Assembly: GCA_021776635.1 (NCBI GenBank)
Contig: JAJFFN010000038.1
Span: 87,990-151,989, forward strand
Direction: 5' to 3'
Length of the DNA stretch: 64,000 nucleotides
Origin: Robiginitomaculum sp.
Lineage (GTDB): Bacteria; Pseudomonadota; Alphaproteobacteria; Caulobacterales; Maricaulaceae
The notes under the pieces were generated by a model, which saw nothing but the letters and a program-made list of their open reading frames with translations, was not told the DNA's origin and searched no databases. The position numbers were made by a program, and so were the translations under genes. This document shows positions 38,437 to 48,231 of this stretch, in pieces. The stretch's first letter is position 1, and every line of letters begins with the position of its first letter.

Positions 38437-39036
38437 GTGAAACGTGTAGGATTAATTTCAGAAAATATGCCGAGGCAGGGCAGTGTCGTCAGCCGTGCTA
38501 TCGGTTGGACGGTGTTGAAATTACTAGGTTGGACAGTCGTAGGGAAGTTCCCCAACGAAAAAAAGCTGATGATAATAGTAGCCCCACATACATCCAATTG
38601 GGACTATTTTTTGGCTATGGGGGCCAAATTTTATTTGGGGCTACGGGCGCGATACCTCATGAAAAGTGAGATTAACATTTGGCCGTTTCGCGGTTTATTG
38701 AAATGGACAGGTGGTGTCCCTGTGTATCGGTTCCAAAAAACGGATATTCTAGAGCAGACAATAGATTGGATTAACGGGGAGGATAATGTCTGGCTTGGTA
38801 TGTCGCCCGAAGGGACACGCTCCAAAATTGATAAATGGAAAACTGGTTTTTTGCGGATTTCTCACGGAGCCGATATTCCTATCTTGGTCATCGGGTTTCA
38901 TGCGCCCAACAAGACGATTGTTATTGATAGGCTCGTGCCGCTAAAGGCGTTAAAAGGTGATTTAACAGCTCAGGCAAAATACCTTCAAGACTATTGCTCC
39001 GATAAATTTATCGGGATAAAGCCGCAGAACCAGTGA
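38437..39036 (+). CDS. Lysophospholipid acyltransferase (PlsC family), paralogue of 20631..21254
   Basis: PHTSNWD, PEGTR, WKTGF. Confidence 0.9.
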   Translation: MKRVGLISENMPRQGSVVSRAIGWTVLKLLGWTVVGKFPNEKKLMIIVAPHTSNWDYFLAMGAKFYLGLRARYLMKSEINIWPFRGLLKWTGGVPVYRFQKTDILEQTIDWINGEDNVWLGMSPEGTRSKIDKWKTGFLRISHGADIPILVIGFHAPNKTIVIDRLVPLKALKGDLTAQAKYLQDYCSDKFIGIKPQNQ

Positions 39037-39231
39037 TTGTTGTTTACGTTTGATGATGATAGTTTTTTATTATGGATTACTATGTGTTAAATATATGAAA
39101 TTATTTAATTATCATTACTTATCCTTGTTTTATGAAGGTGTAGTAGACTATGTTTGTTAGTAGACATTTTAGCAACACTAAAAATAAATGCAGTTTATGA
39201 ATTATTATTAATCATTGTATTAAGGTAGTTA

Positions 39232-39245
39232 CGTTATATATAACG
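39232..39245. promoter_or_regulatory. 14-bp perfect palindrome, possible TA operator
   Basis: cgttatatataacg just upstream of SD AAGGAG. Confidence 0.45.
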
Positions 39246-39268
39246 CACATAAAGTTAAGGAGCAACAT

Positions 39269-39475
39269 GTGACCAAACAGCCAAAACCACGGTCTGACCT
39301 CATGTTTCAGGAATCAAATTTGCCTAAACCTGTTGAATTCGATTATTCAAGAGACATTAAGGAAAAGCACTTTGATGTTATGGATGAAGCCATGATGCAT
39401 CGTTCTGGCCTGTCTAAGGAAGAATTAGAAGAAGCATTAGCCGAAGGCATTTTAGTCGGCGGCGAAATCTGGTAG
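39269..39475 (+). CDS. Small acidic protein, candidate antitoxin
   Basis: SD AAGGAG, 68 aa, acidic C-terminus, 5 bp before the toxin-like gene. Confidence 0.55.
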   Translation: MTKQPKPRSDLMFQESNLPKPVEFDYSRDIKEKHFDVMDEAMMHRSGLSKEELEEALAEGILVGGEIW

Positions 39476-39480
39476 AGATT

Positions 39481-39936
39481 GTGCCAGTTGTACTCGGACA
39501 CAACATATATAGCATATCATCATCGCCAGAAATATATGATATTGTCTGGGTGAATTTTCCATATAATGAAGTTCCATATGAGCCTGGGCCAGATAAACAT
39601 CCAGGTCTAGTTCTATCAAAAAGTGTTTTTCGGGATAAGAAAACTGAACTAAATTACGCTTCACTGCAAATTGCGTATGGAACCTCACAACCACAAAATG
39701 ATAGGCTTCCATGGGAAGTATTGCGAGTACATAACTACGTAGCTCTAGAGAGATGCGGGCTATGCAGAGACACATCTTTTATTTTGAGTAGAGTGCAGCG
39801 CATATTATGGTGTGAAGAATATTTTCCCATCAGTGAACACGGTACACCAATTTTGGGTAAGTTGCCTCATTCTCAAATTCTGGCTCTTAAAACATTGAAA
39901 GAAGTGAGGGATGCACTCAAAAAACAAACTGACTAA
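39481..39936 (+). CDS. PemK/MazF-like fold protein, candidate toxin
   Basis: YDIVWVNFPY...PGPDKHPGLVL...IAYGTS...GL.RDT.F...LGKL pattern. Confidence 0.65.
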   Translation: MPVVLGHNIYSISSSPEIYDIVWVNFPYNEVPYEPGPDKHPGLVLSKSVFRDKKTELNYASLQIAYGTSQPQNDRLPWEVLRVHNYVALERCGLCRDTSFILSRVQRILWCEEYFPISEHGTPILGKLPHSQILALKTLKEVRDALKKQTD

Positions 39937-40010
39937 AACTGATCGTATGTCATATCAGTGACACCCCAGTAACCTTTCGTTAACGGAAAAGCTCTCGACT
40001 TGTTTACTGT

Positions 40011-40025
40011 GTTCGCTTAGTGTTC
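40011..40025 (+). promoter_or_regulatory. LexA (SOS) box GTTC-N7-GTTC upstream of ruvC
   Basis: GTTC gcttagt GTTC, 5 bp before the ATG. Confidence 0.8.
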
Positions 40026-40030
40026 TTTTC

Positions 40031-40567
40031 ATGAGCACCAAAAAACATAAAGGGATTCGCATATTGGGGATTGACCCTTCACTGGTTAAATGCGGTTGGG
40101 GTGTGGTTGACGCGGAAGGCCTGAAGATTACCCATATCGGTCACGGCGTCATTAAGCCTGCCGTCAATCAGGACATGGCTTTGCGTCTGAACCAATTATT
40201 TGATGAACTTTCGCAGTTGATAAATACATTTGCTCCAGACGAAGCGGCGGTGGAAGAGGTGTTCATGAACAATAATCCGGCATCGGCAATGAAACTCGGA
40301 CATGCCCGCGCGGTTTGTTTGTTGGCGCCCGCGCAAGTCGGCTTATATGTGGGCGAATACTCAGCCAAAAAGGTCAAAAAATCTGTGGTTGGTACCGGCC
40401 AAGCTGACAAAACCCAAGTCGCCGCCATGATGAATGTCCTGCTGCCCGGCCAAAAATTAAAAGCAGGCGACGCGGCGGATGCGCTCGCGATCGCTATATG
40501 TCATGCGCACAGAGCAAGTGCTGCAGGGGCTTTGCAAAATAGATTGAATAAAGGGAATTTAGCATGA
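40031..40567 (+). CDS. ruvC: Holliday junction endonuclease
   Basis: ILGIDP, GWGVV, AAVEEVF, KLGHARA, DAADALAIAICH. Confidence 0.96.
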   Translation: MSTKKHKGIRILGIDPSLVKCGWGVVDAEGLKITHIGHGVIKPAVNQDMALRLNQLFDELSQLINTFAPDEAAVEEVFMNNNPASAMKLGHARAVCLLAPAQVGLYVGEYSAKKVKKSVVGTGQADKTQVAAMMNVLLPGQKLKAGDAADALAIAICHAHRASAAGALQNRLNKGNLA

Positions 40568-41472
40568 AAAATACTTTATTTAGTGCGTTTTTGGTCATTG
40601 CTTTGATTGGTATTACAGGATGTGGGGAGAAAACTAGTTCAGTAGTATCAAGTGAGGGTCTAACATGTCCATCTATAGAGAATGTTGATGTTATTATAAA
40701 TGATGGCTCACCTAAAACTATAGTGTTCGGGGAAATTCATGGCACTAATCAGTCGCCAAAATTTGTAGGAGATGTTCTCTGTCATGCCCTCAAAAAAGGA
40801 CTGCGGGTCACTCTGGCTCTGGAGTATCCAGATACTGAAAAAGCTGATATTAGTAACTTTCTAGAAGATAAAACAGGACAAGCTGATGCAGATTTTCTAC
40901 AATCAAAAATTTGGACGAATGAGTTTACAGATGGGCGCTCTAGTCAGGCTATGTGGGATTTGTTCAAACAAATAAAGTTGTACAAACAGCAAGGCTTTGA
41001 AGTCGACATTTTGCCCATCATTCATTATTTAACTTTCGAAGAAAAAACCTTTGGCATGACGAATGCGGATTACAGCCAAATATATGAAGAGCAGATGGCG
41101 GCAAATATACTAACCGCATCGGGTGATAAAATTTTTGTGCTTGTTGGCAATTATCACGCTAAACGAGGGTGGGCAAAGTCAGGGGAAGAAAAATACCAAC
41201 ATATGGCAGAGCATTTGCCCAAAGATGAAAGCCTGTTGCTAAACGCCCATTCTTATAAAGGTACGAGTTGGAATTGTAGGGGGCGGACAAAGGAGGACTG
41301 TAAGGCCTGGAAGTCAGGACATAGGCCTCATGATGTTGAACCAATTACGCCGAATAAAGATAGAGATTGGAGCATCCAATTGTTCGATACCGAGTTAGAT
41401 GGTTATGACGGGGTGTATGTCATCGGCTCAGTTACAGCATCGCCACCCGCTATAAGTCAGGAAAACCCCTAA
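40564..41472 (+). CDS. Lipoprotein with EreA/ChaN/TIKI-like motifs
   Basis: Lipobox ITGC, VFGEIHGT, LALEYP, DGRSS, EEQMA, LVGNYHA. Confidence 0.7.
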   Translation: MKNTLFSAFLVIALIGITGCGEKTSSVVSSEGLTCPSIENVDVIINDGSPKTIVFGEIHGTNQSPKFVGDVLCHALKKGLRVTLALEYPDTEKADISNFLEDKTGQADADFLQSKIWTNEFTDGRSSQAMWDLFKQIKLYKQQGFEVDILPIIHYLTFEEKTFGMTNADYSQIYEEQMAANILTASGDKIFVLVGNYHAKRGWAKSGEEKYQHMAEHLPKDESLLLNAHSYKGTSWNCRGRTKEDCKAWKSGHRPHDVEPITPNKDRDWSIQLFDTELDGYDGVYVIGSVTASPPAISQENP

Positions 41473-42092
41473 TGATAGGTATGCTTAAAGGGACTGTAAT
41501 TGTCATTGGTACGGATGAGGCCATCATTGACGTAAATGGTGTTGGTTATTTAGTGAAGTGTTCGGGGCGAACTTTGACGACGCTTGCGGTCGGGGTCGAA
41601 GCCGTATTGCATATAGAAACCCATGTGCGTGAACAGGCGATTACGCTGTTCGGTTTTGCGGACGAAGAAGTACGGGCTTGGTTTGTAAAATTACAGTCCG
41701 TACAAAAAGTTGGACCAAAGGCGGCTTTGTCCATTTTGGATGTGTTAAGCCCAGCAGAAATTCTCTCTGCGGCATCCCTCGAAGATAAGGCGGCCTTTAG
41801 CCGTGCTAATGGCGTAGGGCCAAGTTTAGCGGCGCGTATTGTTATGGAGCTTTCTGGCAAACCCCCACCAGCGGGCAGGGGGTTTACCCCATTATCAGCC
41901 GATGCAGGCGGCGATGTCCGCGTTATTGACAGTACAGAGATGAGCGCCCAAAAAGATGCCGTGTCAGCTCTGGTTAACCTTGGGATAGACCCGTCCAAAG
42001 CTTTGCGTGCTGTGGCTACGGCAATGAAAGTTGATGCAAACCTAAATATAAATGGCCTAGTAAAGGCGGCATTGAAGGAACTTGGTAATTGA
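41472..42092 (+). CDS. ruvA: Holliday junction branch migration protein A
   Basis: [36 protein letters not shown]. Confidence 0.96.
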   Translation: MIGMLKGTVIVIGTDEAIIDVNGVGYLVKCSGRTLTTLAVGVEAVLHIETHVREQAITLFGFADEEVRAWFVKLQSVQKVGPKAALSILDVLSPAEILSAASLEDKAAFSRANGVGPSLAARIVMELSGKPPPAGRGFTPLSADAGGDVRVIDSTEMSAQKDAVSALVNLGIDPSKALRAVATAMKVDANLNINGLVKAALKELGN

Positions 42093-43162
42093 GCGGTGAC
42101 GGTATCATAGACGACCGTATCATAGACGGCGCACCACAATCCGGCGACCGCAATGATAAAGCATTGCGGCCCTTGGCGTTTGAGGATTTTGTTGGCCAAA
42201 AATCATCAATCGCAAATCTAAAAGTATTTGTAAAAGCAGCAGAGCGGCGTAGCGAAGCTATGGATCATGTTTTGCTGTCAGGGCCACCTGGCTTGGGAAA
42301 GACAACCTTGGCGCAAATTATAGCGCGTGAACTGGGCGTAAATTTTCGCTCTACATCTGGCCCTGTGATTTCCAAGGCTGGAGATTTAGCTGCACTTCTG
42401 ACGAATATGGAGCCGCGCGATGTTTTATTTATTGATGAAATTCACAGGTTAAATCCGACCGTTGAAGAAATACTGTACCCTGCAATGGAGGATTTTGAGC
42501 TGGACCTCATTATAGGTGAGGGACCGGCAGCGCGGAGCATCAAAATTGATTTGTCGCCCTTTACACTTATCGGCGCAACGACCCGTGCTGGATTACTCGC
42601 CACGCCGCTTAGAGACAGGTTCGGAATTCCGGTACGGCTTGAGTTTTACGACGAGGTTGAATTGACCAAGATTGTGGTACGCGGAGCAGGGCTACTCGGC
42701 GTGAATTTAAATGCAGACGGCGCGCGCGAAATAGCAAGGCGGGCACGCGGAACGCCAAGGGTCGCGGGTCGTCTCTTACGCCGTGTCCGTGATTTGGCAG
42801 AACATGCGGGCGCGACGATAATTGACGCGAAAGTCGCAGACGCGGCTTTACTCAGGCTCGGTGTGGATGACATTGGGTTGGACGCACAAGATATGCGCTA
42901 TCTAAGGGCTTTGTGTGAGATGTTTTCTGGTGGTCCTGTGGGTGCTGATACGATGGCGGCGGCTTTATCCGAAGCTCGTGATGCGCTTGAGGATGTGATT
43001 GAGCCGTATCTCATACAAAAAGGTTTCTTGCAGCGTACGCCGCGCGGGCGGGTTGCAACACCACATGCCTTTGCGCACCTGGGCTTGAGTGCACCATTAA
43101 AACTAGAACAACCAACATTATTTAGTGGTAATAACAAGGGGTCCGGTGATGGACATAGCTGA
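42089..43162 (+). CDS. ruvB: Holliday junction branch migration helicase B
   Basis: [27 protein letters not shown]. Confidence 0.98.
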   Translation: MSGDGIIDDRIIDGAPQSGDRNDKALRPLAFEDFVGQKSSIANLKVFVKAAERRSEAMDHVLLSGPPGLGKTTLAQIIARELGVNFRSTSGPVISKAGDLAALLTNMEPRDVLFIDEIHRLNPTVEEILYPAMEDFELDLIIGEGPAARSIKIDLSPFTLIGATTRAGLLATPLRDRFGIPVRLEFYDEVELTKIVVRGAGLLGVNLNADGAREIARRARGTPRVAGRLLRRVRDLAEHAGATIIDAKVADAALLRLGVDDIGLDAQDMRYLRALCEMFSGGPVGADTMAAALSEARDALEDVIEPYLIQKGFLQRTPRGRVATPHAFAHLGLSAPLKLEQPTLFSGNNKGSGDGHS

Positions 43163-43607
43163 ACAATCCGAACCGACCATGGGATATTTTGAAGGGCGGA
43201 AGCACTATTTTCCCATCCGCGTGTTTTATGAAGATACGGATTTTACCGGTGTCGTGTTTTATGCAAATTATTTGCGGTTTTTTGAGCGGGCAAGGTCATC
43301 ATTCTTCCGTTTAGCAGGCGTAAGTCATGCAGAATTATTACAACGTGATATACCGCTCGGCTTTGCCATTCGTAAAATTGATTTAGAGTACAAAAAGCCA
43401 GCGCGCATAGATGATGCATTACTAATTATGACCAGCTACGAACGCTATAAAGGCGCACGGCTTTGGGTGAGCCAAGAAGTTTGGCGAGGTGACGAGCTAC
43501 TGACAACCGCCTATTCCGAAGCCGCCTGTATAGATATGAATGGCCGTCCAAGGCGGCCAACACCAAAAATGATCGAAAAATTACAACCGTATTTTTTACC
43601 GAAATAG
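43149..43607 (+). CDS. ybgC: Tol-Pal associated acyl-CoA thioesterase
   Basis: [26 protein letters not shown]. Confidence 0.92.
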   Translation: MDIAEQSEPTMGYFEGRKHYFPIRVFYEDTDFTGVVFYANYLRFFERARSSFFRLAGVSHAELLQRDIPLGFAIRKIDLEYKKPARIDDALLIMTSYERYKGARLWVSQEVWRGDELLTTAYSEAACIDMNGRPRRPTPKMIEKLQPYFLPK

Positions 43608-43621
43608 ATTGTAGGCAACCC

Positions 43622-43993
43622 CTAAGGCGTAGAACCATTTAACTCACAAATGTCTGTAACCTCTTTGTTGTTTTGATCTACATAAATGATTTGCTCAGGT
43701 GTGATGACTTTCGTCCATGGTTCTTTTCGTTCAATGGGTGGTATCTTAATTGTAACCCATTTTTTAGTATCTGGGTCAAAGTACATTTCGTCTTCACTTT
43801 CAATTGAAACGATAGAAAACCCAGATTTGGTTACAGCTGGGATGACGACCTTACGCACAGTATTGATCGGGATGCATTGTTGTTCAATTGTTGGTGCGAT
43901 GACAACCACAGGCACTTCAGGTTCAGTCGTCGCGCAAGCCCCCAAAATAAATAAAGGGGCTAAAATTGCGGCTCTATTGTAAATAAACTTCAT
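43622..43993 (-). CDS. Hypothetical lipoprotein
   Basis: Lipobox LGAC, 123 aa, two further Cys. Confidence 0.75.
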   Translation of the reverse strand: MKFIYNRAAILAPLFILGACATTEPEVPVVVIAPTIEQQCIPINTVRKVVIPAVTKSGFSIVSIESEDEMYFDPDTKKWVTIKIPPIERKEPWTKVITPEQIIYVDQNNKEVTDICELNGSTP

Positions 43994-44238
43994 AATCCTA
44001 CCTTTTTACATTTGCCCATGCATAATTGGAATATAGGGCGAAACTATGGCGATAGTGTAATGAATGCAAGACAATTGAACGACAACTATAACAATTGAAT
44101 TAAGTATGCGCTTTACCTATGCTTTCTAATGTGATTCCATAGTTTATGACGGAACTGATAAATTACCGTCTGTTAATTGGTATTGCACACAAATTTGGCC
44201 CAAAACAAGTGCCGATACGTATATGGAGACAAAGCAAA

Positions 44239-44988
44239 ATGAGCTTAATAAACATTTGGTCGGAAATAAGCATACAAATAATGTCTCTACCAACAATAAT
44301 TGGGCAGGCTGGGGACACTTCTTTTACAATTATAGATTTATTCACGCGTGCAGATTGGATTGTTAAGAGCATTATGGTTGGGCTTGCCATAGCCTCTGTT
44401 TGGTCATGGGCAATTATCATTGATAAGACCATTAGCTTTCAATTGCTCAAAAAACGCGCCTCAAAATTTGAAGAAACGTTCTGGTCAGGACGTACGTTGG
44501 ATGAATTATCAAAAGGCCTAGCAGGGGATACGCGCGATCCTATGGGGCGCGTATTTTCTGCGGCTATGCGAGAGTTTAAGGAAAGCGACAATAATCCACG
44601 CGGAAATGATGTTGGCGGTACAAGGGAACGCATCGACCGTGTCATGGGTTTGGTGGTTAACCGTGAGTTATCCAAAGCTGAGCGCGGCATGACCGTGCTC
44701 GCGACGGTTGGGTCTGCTTCCGTATTTATTGGTCTCCTTGGCACGGTTTGGGGTATTATCAACACATTCAGGGCGATTGATACGAAAGGTAATATTGACG
44801 TACTCACAATTATTCCGGGCATTATGGAGGCCTTGTTTGCGACGGCTCTTGGTTTGGTCGCGGCTATTCCAGCCGTGATTTTTTACAATAAATTTGCTGC
44901 GGATTTGGATAGATATGCGGGGCGCCTTGATGGATATACTGACGAGTTATCAGCAATTCTATCACGTAAAATTGGTAAAGGTGGCTAG
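44239..44988 (+). CDS. tolQ: TolQ
   Basis: SVWSWAII, FEETFWSG, FIGLLGTVWGI, EALFATALGLVAAIPAV; start uncertain. Confidence 0.95.
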   Translation: MSLINIWSEISIQIMSLPTIIGQAGDTSFTIIDLFTRADWIVKSIMVGLAIASVWSWAIIIDKTISFQLLKKRASKFEETFWSGRTLDELSKGLAGDTRDPMGRVFSAAMREFKESDNNPRGNDVGGTRERIDRVMGLVVNRELSKAERGMTVLATVGSASVFIGLLGTVWGIINTFRAIDTKGNIDVLTIIPGIMEALFATALGLVAAIPAVIFYNKFAADLDRYAGRLDGYTDELSAILSRKIGKGG

Positions 44989-44990
44989 GT

Positions 44991-45434
44991 ATGGCAATGA
45001 TGCAAATGGGTCGAAGCGGAGGTGGTAAGCGTGGTAGACGCAGTCGACGAAGCTTGAATTCTGAAATAAACGTTACTCCGCTTGTGGACGTGATGCTCGT
45101 GTTGATGTTGATTTTCATGGTCCTTGCGACTGTCGTTGCTGCGGGTGTGCCCATTGAACTTCCAAAAACGGATGCGAAGTCAATGCCAATGCAGCAGGAG
45201 CCTTTAACGGTTACAGTAGACCGCGCCGGGAAAATTTATCTGCAAGACCAAGAAGTGACTTTGGAAGAATTAACACCTAAACTTAAGGCGCTTGCAGGAG
45301 AGGGGTATGAAGAACGTATTTATCTGCGCGGTGATGAGGGTGGCAATTACGGGCCGGTTATGAAAGTCATGGCGAGTATTAATGCTGCGGGCTTCTCAAA
45401 CATAGGGCTGGTAACGGATCCTATACAAAAGTAG
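44991..45434 (+). CDS. tolR: TolR
   Basis: EINVTPLVDVMLVL, YLRGD. Confidence 0.95.
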   Translation: MAMMQMGRSGGGKRGRRSRRSLNSEINVTPLVDVMLVLMLIFMVLATVVAAGVPIELPKTDAKSMPMQQEPLTVTVDRAGKIYLQDQEVTLEELTPKLKALAGEGYEERIYLRGDEGGNYGPVMKVMASINAAGFSNIGLVTDPIQK

Positions 45435-45448
45435 GATATAATATCCTG

Positions 45449-46141
45449 ATGAAATTCGGTCTGCCTATATCTTTTGCATTACACGTTTTGCTCGCGTCTG
45501 GCGGGCTGTGGATATGGGCATCGCGGACCCCAAATTTAATCCAAAATTCAATCATACCAGTTGAACTTGTGACGGTGTCAAGCATAACTGATATCAAACC
45601 AACACGGCGAAATGTGGACAAACCAAAAGTTACGCCTAAGCCTGAACCAATAACGCCTAAGCCTGCACCTAAAACGGCAAAACCTGTATTTGACTTAAAT
45701 GCGCTCGAAGAAGCGTTTGAAAATGTACGCAAAGAAGACCCAAAGGTGGATAATCAACAAGTCCTAGTAAATGATACTCCAAACGCAATAACCGCTAATA
45801 ATGCACGTATTGGAGCAGGCAACAAAGAGGAGGCTACGCTCAATGCTCTTGATTATATACGTGGGCGGTTACATAATTGCTGGATTGTCGATGAAGGGGC
45901 TGTCGATTATCAAAGCCTGATTGTTGATGTAATGTTGCTGCTGAATGTGGATGGCAGTATCAGGAAAATAACAGTTTTGAATAACGCTGAAATTATTGCC
46001 TCGCCTAACCGCGCGTGGTCAGTTGCAAAATTTAATGCGACGACTGCGCTAAGAAAATGCGCACCGTATGATGGTTTGCTAAGTATTGATTATAATGTAT
46101 GGAAAGAGTTGAAACTTCATCTGGATCCAGGAGAAAATTGA
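45449..46141 (+). CDS. tolA: TolA-like protein (short)
   Basis: SFALH TM motif, Pro/Lys linker, C-terminal domain with CW...CAPY; between tolR and tolB. Confidence 0.82.
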   Translation: MKFGLPISFALHVLLASGGLWIWASRTPNLIQNSIIPVELVTVSSITDIKPTRRNVDKPKVTPKPEPITPKPAPKTAKPVFDLNALEEAFENVRKEDPKVDNQQVLVNDTPNAITANNARIGAGNKEEATLNALDYIRGRLHNCWIVDEGAVDYQSLIVDVMLLLNVDGSIRKITVLNNAEIIASPNRAWSVAKFNATTALRKCAPYDGLLSIDYNVWKELKLHLDPGEN

Positions 46142-47484
46142 TGAACAACACAATAGGCTTATCGAAGGCAGTTAAACCATTGTTTGTTTTGGTAATATTC
46201 CTGATGGGCTTGATCGTTTCCGTAGGTGCGAACGCCCAGTTAGAAATAGATATTGTACGCGGTGCACCTGAACCAGTTCCCGTAGCAATTCCTAATTTTT
46301 TATCGAGCCATCCAGACACAGATAAAATTGCCAAAGATATGGCGTCTGTCATCGCAGCAGATTTGGAACGGTCAGGATTATTTCGTGTACTCGACCAAGG
46401 CAGTTATATTGAAAAACAAAGTGATATAAATTACCAGCCGCGTTTTTCTGAATGGCGATTGATTAATGCAAAAGCTTTGTTGTCTGGTCAAATAATTCGA
46501 GAAAATTCCAATCGTCTCAAAGTCGAATTTCGCCTATGGGATATTTACGGAACGGAACAATTGGACGGCAAACGCTTAGCGACAACGCCAGACAATTGGC
46601 GACGTATAGCGCACAAAATTGCTGATAATATCTATAAGCGTTTAACGGGTGAAAGTGGCTATTTTGATAGCCGAATTGTCTATATAGCAGAAAGCGGCCC
46701 CAAAACCGACCGCCGTAAACGTCTCTCTATTATGGATGCTGATGGTGCCAATGCGCAATATTTACTGACAGGTGCTGGCTTAGTGCTAACGCCAAGATTT
46801 TCGCCTTCGGCACAAACCATCACATATTTGTCTTGGGAAACGGGACGTTCACAAGTGTATCTTTTGGATATTGAAACCGGACGCCGAGAGCTTTTAGGAA
46901 ATTTCACAAATATGACAATAGCACCCAGGTTTTCTCCCGATGGTGAAAAACTAATTTTTTCAATGGTTAAGCGTGGTAATAGTGATATTTATGTGTTTGA
47001 TTTACGGTCGCGAACAACGACACGACTTACAACAAATCAGGGGATTGATGTCTCGCCTAGCTTTTCACCTGACGGACGTAACGTCGTGTTTAATTCCGAC
47101 AGAGGAGGTTCGCCACAACTTTATATCATGAATGCAGACGGTTCTAATGTTCGCCGCTTAAGCTTTGGTAAAGGTCGTTATACTGCACCTGCGTGGTCTC
47201 CGCGTGGTGATTTGATTGCTTTTACAAAAAGCAATCAAGGTAAGTTTCACATCGGTGTCATGGATGCCAATGACGGGAGGGGGGAGCGTTTATTGACGAA
47301 TTCTTATTTAGATGAAGGCCCAACATGGTCACCAAATGGGAGAGTCATTTTGTTTACGCGTGAAACAAGGGGGCTTAATGGGCGCTCAGCCATTTGGTCT
47401 GTGGATTTAACCGGACGAAATCTACAAAAGGTACCAACACCCGGAGCCGCATCTGACCCGGCTTGGTCGCCAATTTTACCTTAA
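46141..47484 (+). CDS. tolB: Tol-Pal beta-propeller protein
   Basis: DLERSG, AHKIAD, PD40 repeats (PRFSP, PSFSPDG, PAWSP). Confidence 0.97.
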   Translation: MNNTIGLSKAVKPLFVLVIFLMGLIVSVGANAQLEIDIVRGAPEPVPVAIPNFLSSHPDTDKIAKDMASVIAADLERSGLFRVLDQGSYIEKQSDINYQPRFSEWRLINAKALLSGQIIRENSNRLKVEFRLWDIYGTEQLDGKRLATTPDNWRRIAHKIADNIYKRLTGESGYFDSRIVYIAESGPKTDRRKRLSIMDADGANAQYLLTGAGLVLTPRFSPSAQTITYLSWETGRSQVYLLDIETGRRELLGNFTNMTIAPRFSPDGEKLIFSMVKRGNSDIYVFDLRSRTTTRLTTNQGIDVSPSFSPDGRNVVFNSDRGGSPQLYIMNADGSNVRRLSFGKGRYTAPAWSPRGDLIAFTKSNQGKFHIGVMDANDGRGERLLTNSYLDEGPTWSPNGRVILFTRETRGLNGRSAIWSVDLTGRNLQKVPTPGAASDPAWSPILP

Positions 47485-47611
47485 TAGACCATCTTATTTT
47501 GAACACTTTTATATGGAACTGCTCTAACCTGAACAATTGTCAACTTGACACAAATGCTCACAGCGTTAGCTTAAGATGACAATTGCAAAATAGTTGGGAC
47601 TGGAAAGAGAA

Positions 47612-48166
47612 ATGAAACTAAATACACTTATAGCCGTTACTTTTATCTTGATGCTTTCTGCTTGCGCATCAACGCCTGAACCTCAGCCGAAAATCGCTGA
47701 AAATACACAGCCAGCGCCGGTGATAGAACAACCAGCTCCAATAGAACGTGCACCCGTTGAAACTATTGTCCCAGAATACCAAGGGCCGCAACCTGGTACA
47801 GTGGATCACTTTAAATTTGTTTCAGGCGATGACCGCGTTTATTTCGGCTTTAATGAGTATACGCTCACAGCGCAAACACGTGAAGTTTTAAAATCCCAAG
47901 TGAGATGGTTACAAGAATATAGTGGCGCGATTGTCGTCATTGGTGGTAACGCAGATGAGCGCGGCACGCGGGAATACAATCTTGCACTTGGTGCGCGGCG
48001 AGCCGATGCAGTTAAAGATTTTTTCGTTAGCCAGGGGATATCTTCGGGACGTATTACCACAGTTTCATACGGCAAAGAGCGTCCGATTGATGGCCGCTCT
48101 AACGAAGAAGCTTGGGCTTTGAATAGAAATGCGCACTCTGCAGTATTGGTCGGCGGAAATAGTTAG
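47612..48166 (+). CDS. pal: Peptidoglycan-associated lipoprotein
   Basis: LSAC lipobox, ADERGTREYNLALGARRA, SYGKERP. Confidence 0.97.
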   Translation: MKLNTLIAVTFILMLSACASTPEPQPKIAENTQPAPVIEQPAPIERAPVETIVPEYQGPQPGTVDHFKFVSGDDRVYFGFNEYTLTAQTREVLKSQVRWLQEYSGAIVVIGGNADERGTREYNLALGARRADAVKDFFVSQGISSGRITTVSYGKERPIDGRSNEEAWALNRNAHSAVLVGGNS

Positions 48167-48186
48167 GCGAATGAGCGCATAATAAT

Positions 48187-48201
48187 TTAACTGCACATTA
48201 A
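48187..48201. promoter_or_regulatory. Putative CtrA box TTAA-N7-TTAA upstream of cpoB
   Basis: TTAA ctgcaca TTAA in the pal-cpoB gap. Confidence 0.45.
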
Positions 48202-48231
48202 TACTGCACACAGTAATTTTGCTGTTAAGCT

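Noticed and set aside
39040..39260. Type III antitoxin RNA repeat array
   Set aside because: Only an 8-bp direct repeat is present, with no tandem units of 30-60 nt.
42098..42130. Short in-frame repeats in ruvB (also the cpoB QSRE and rnr GSK repeats)
   Set aside because: Ordinary slippage in low-complexity termini or linkers; reading frames are preserved.
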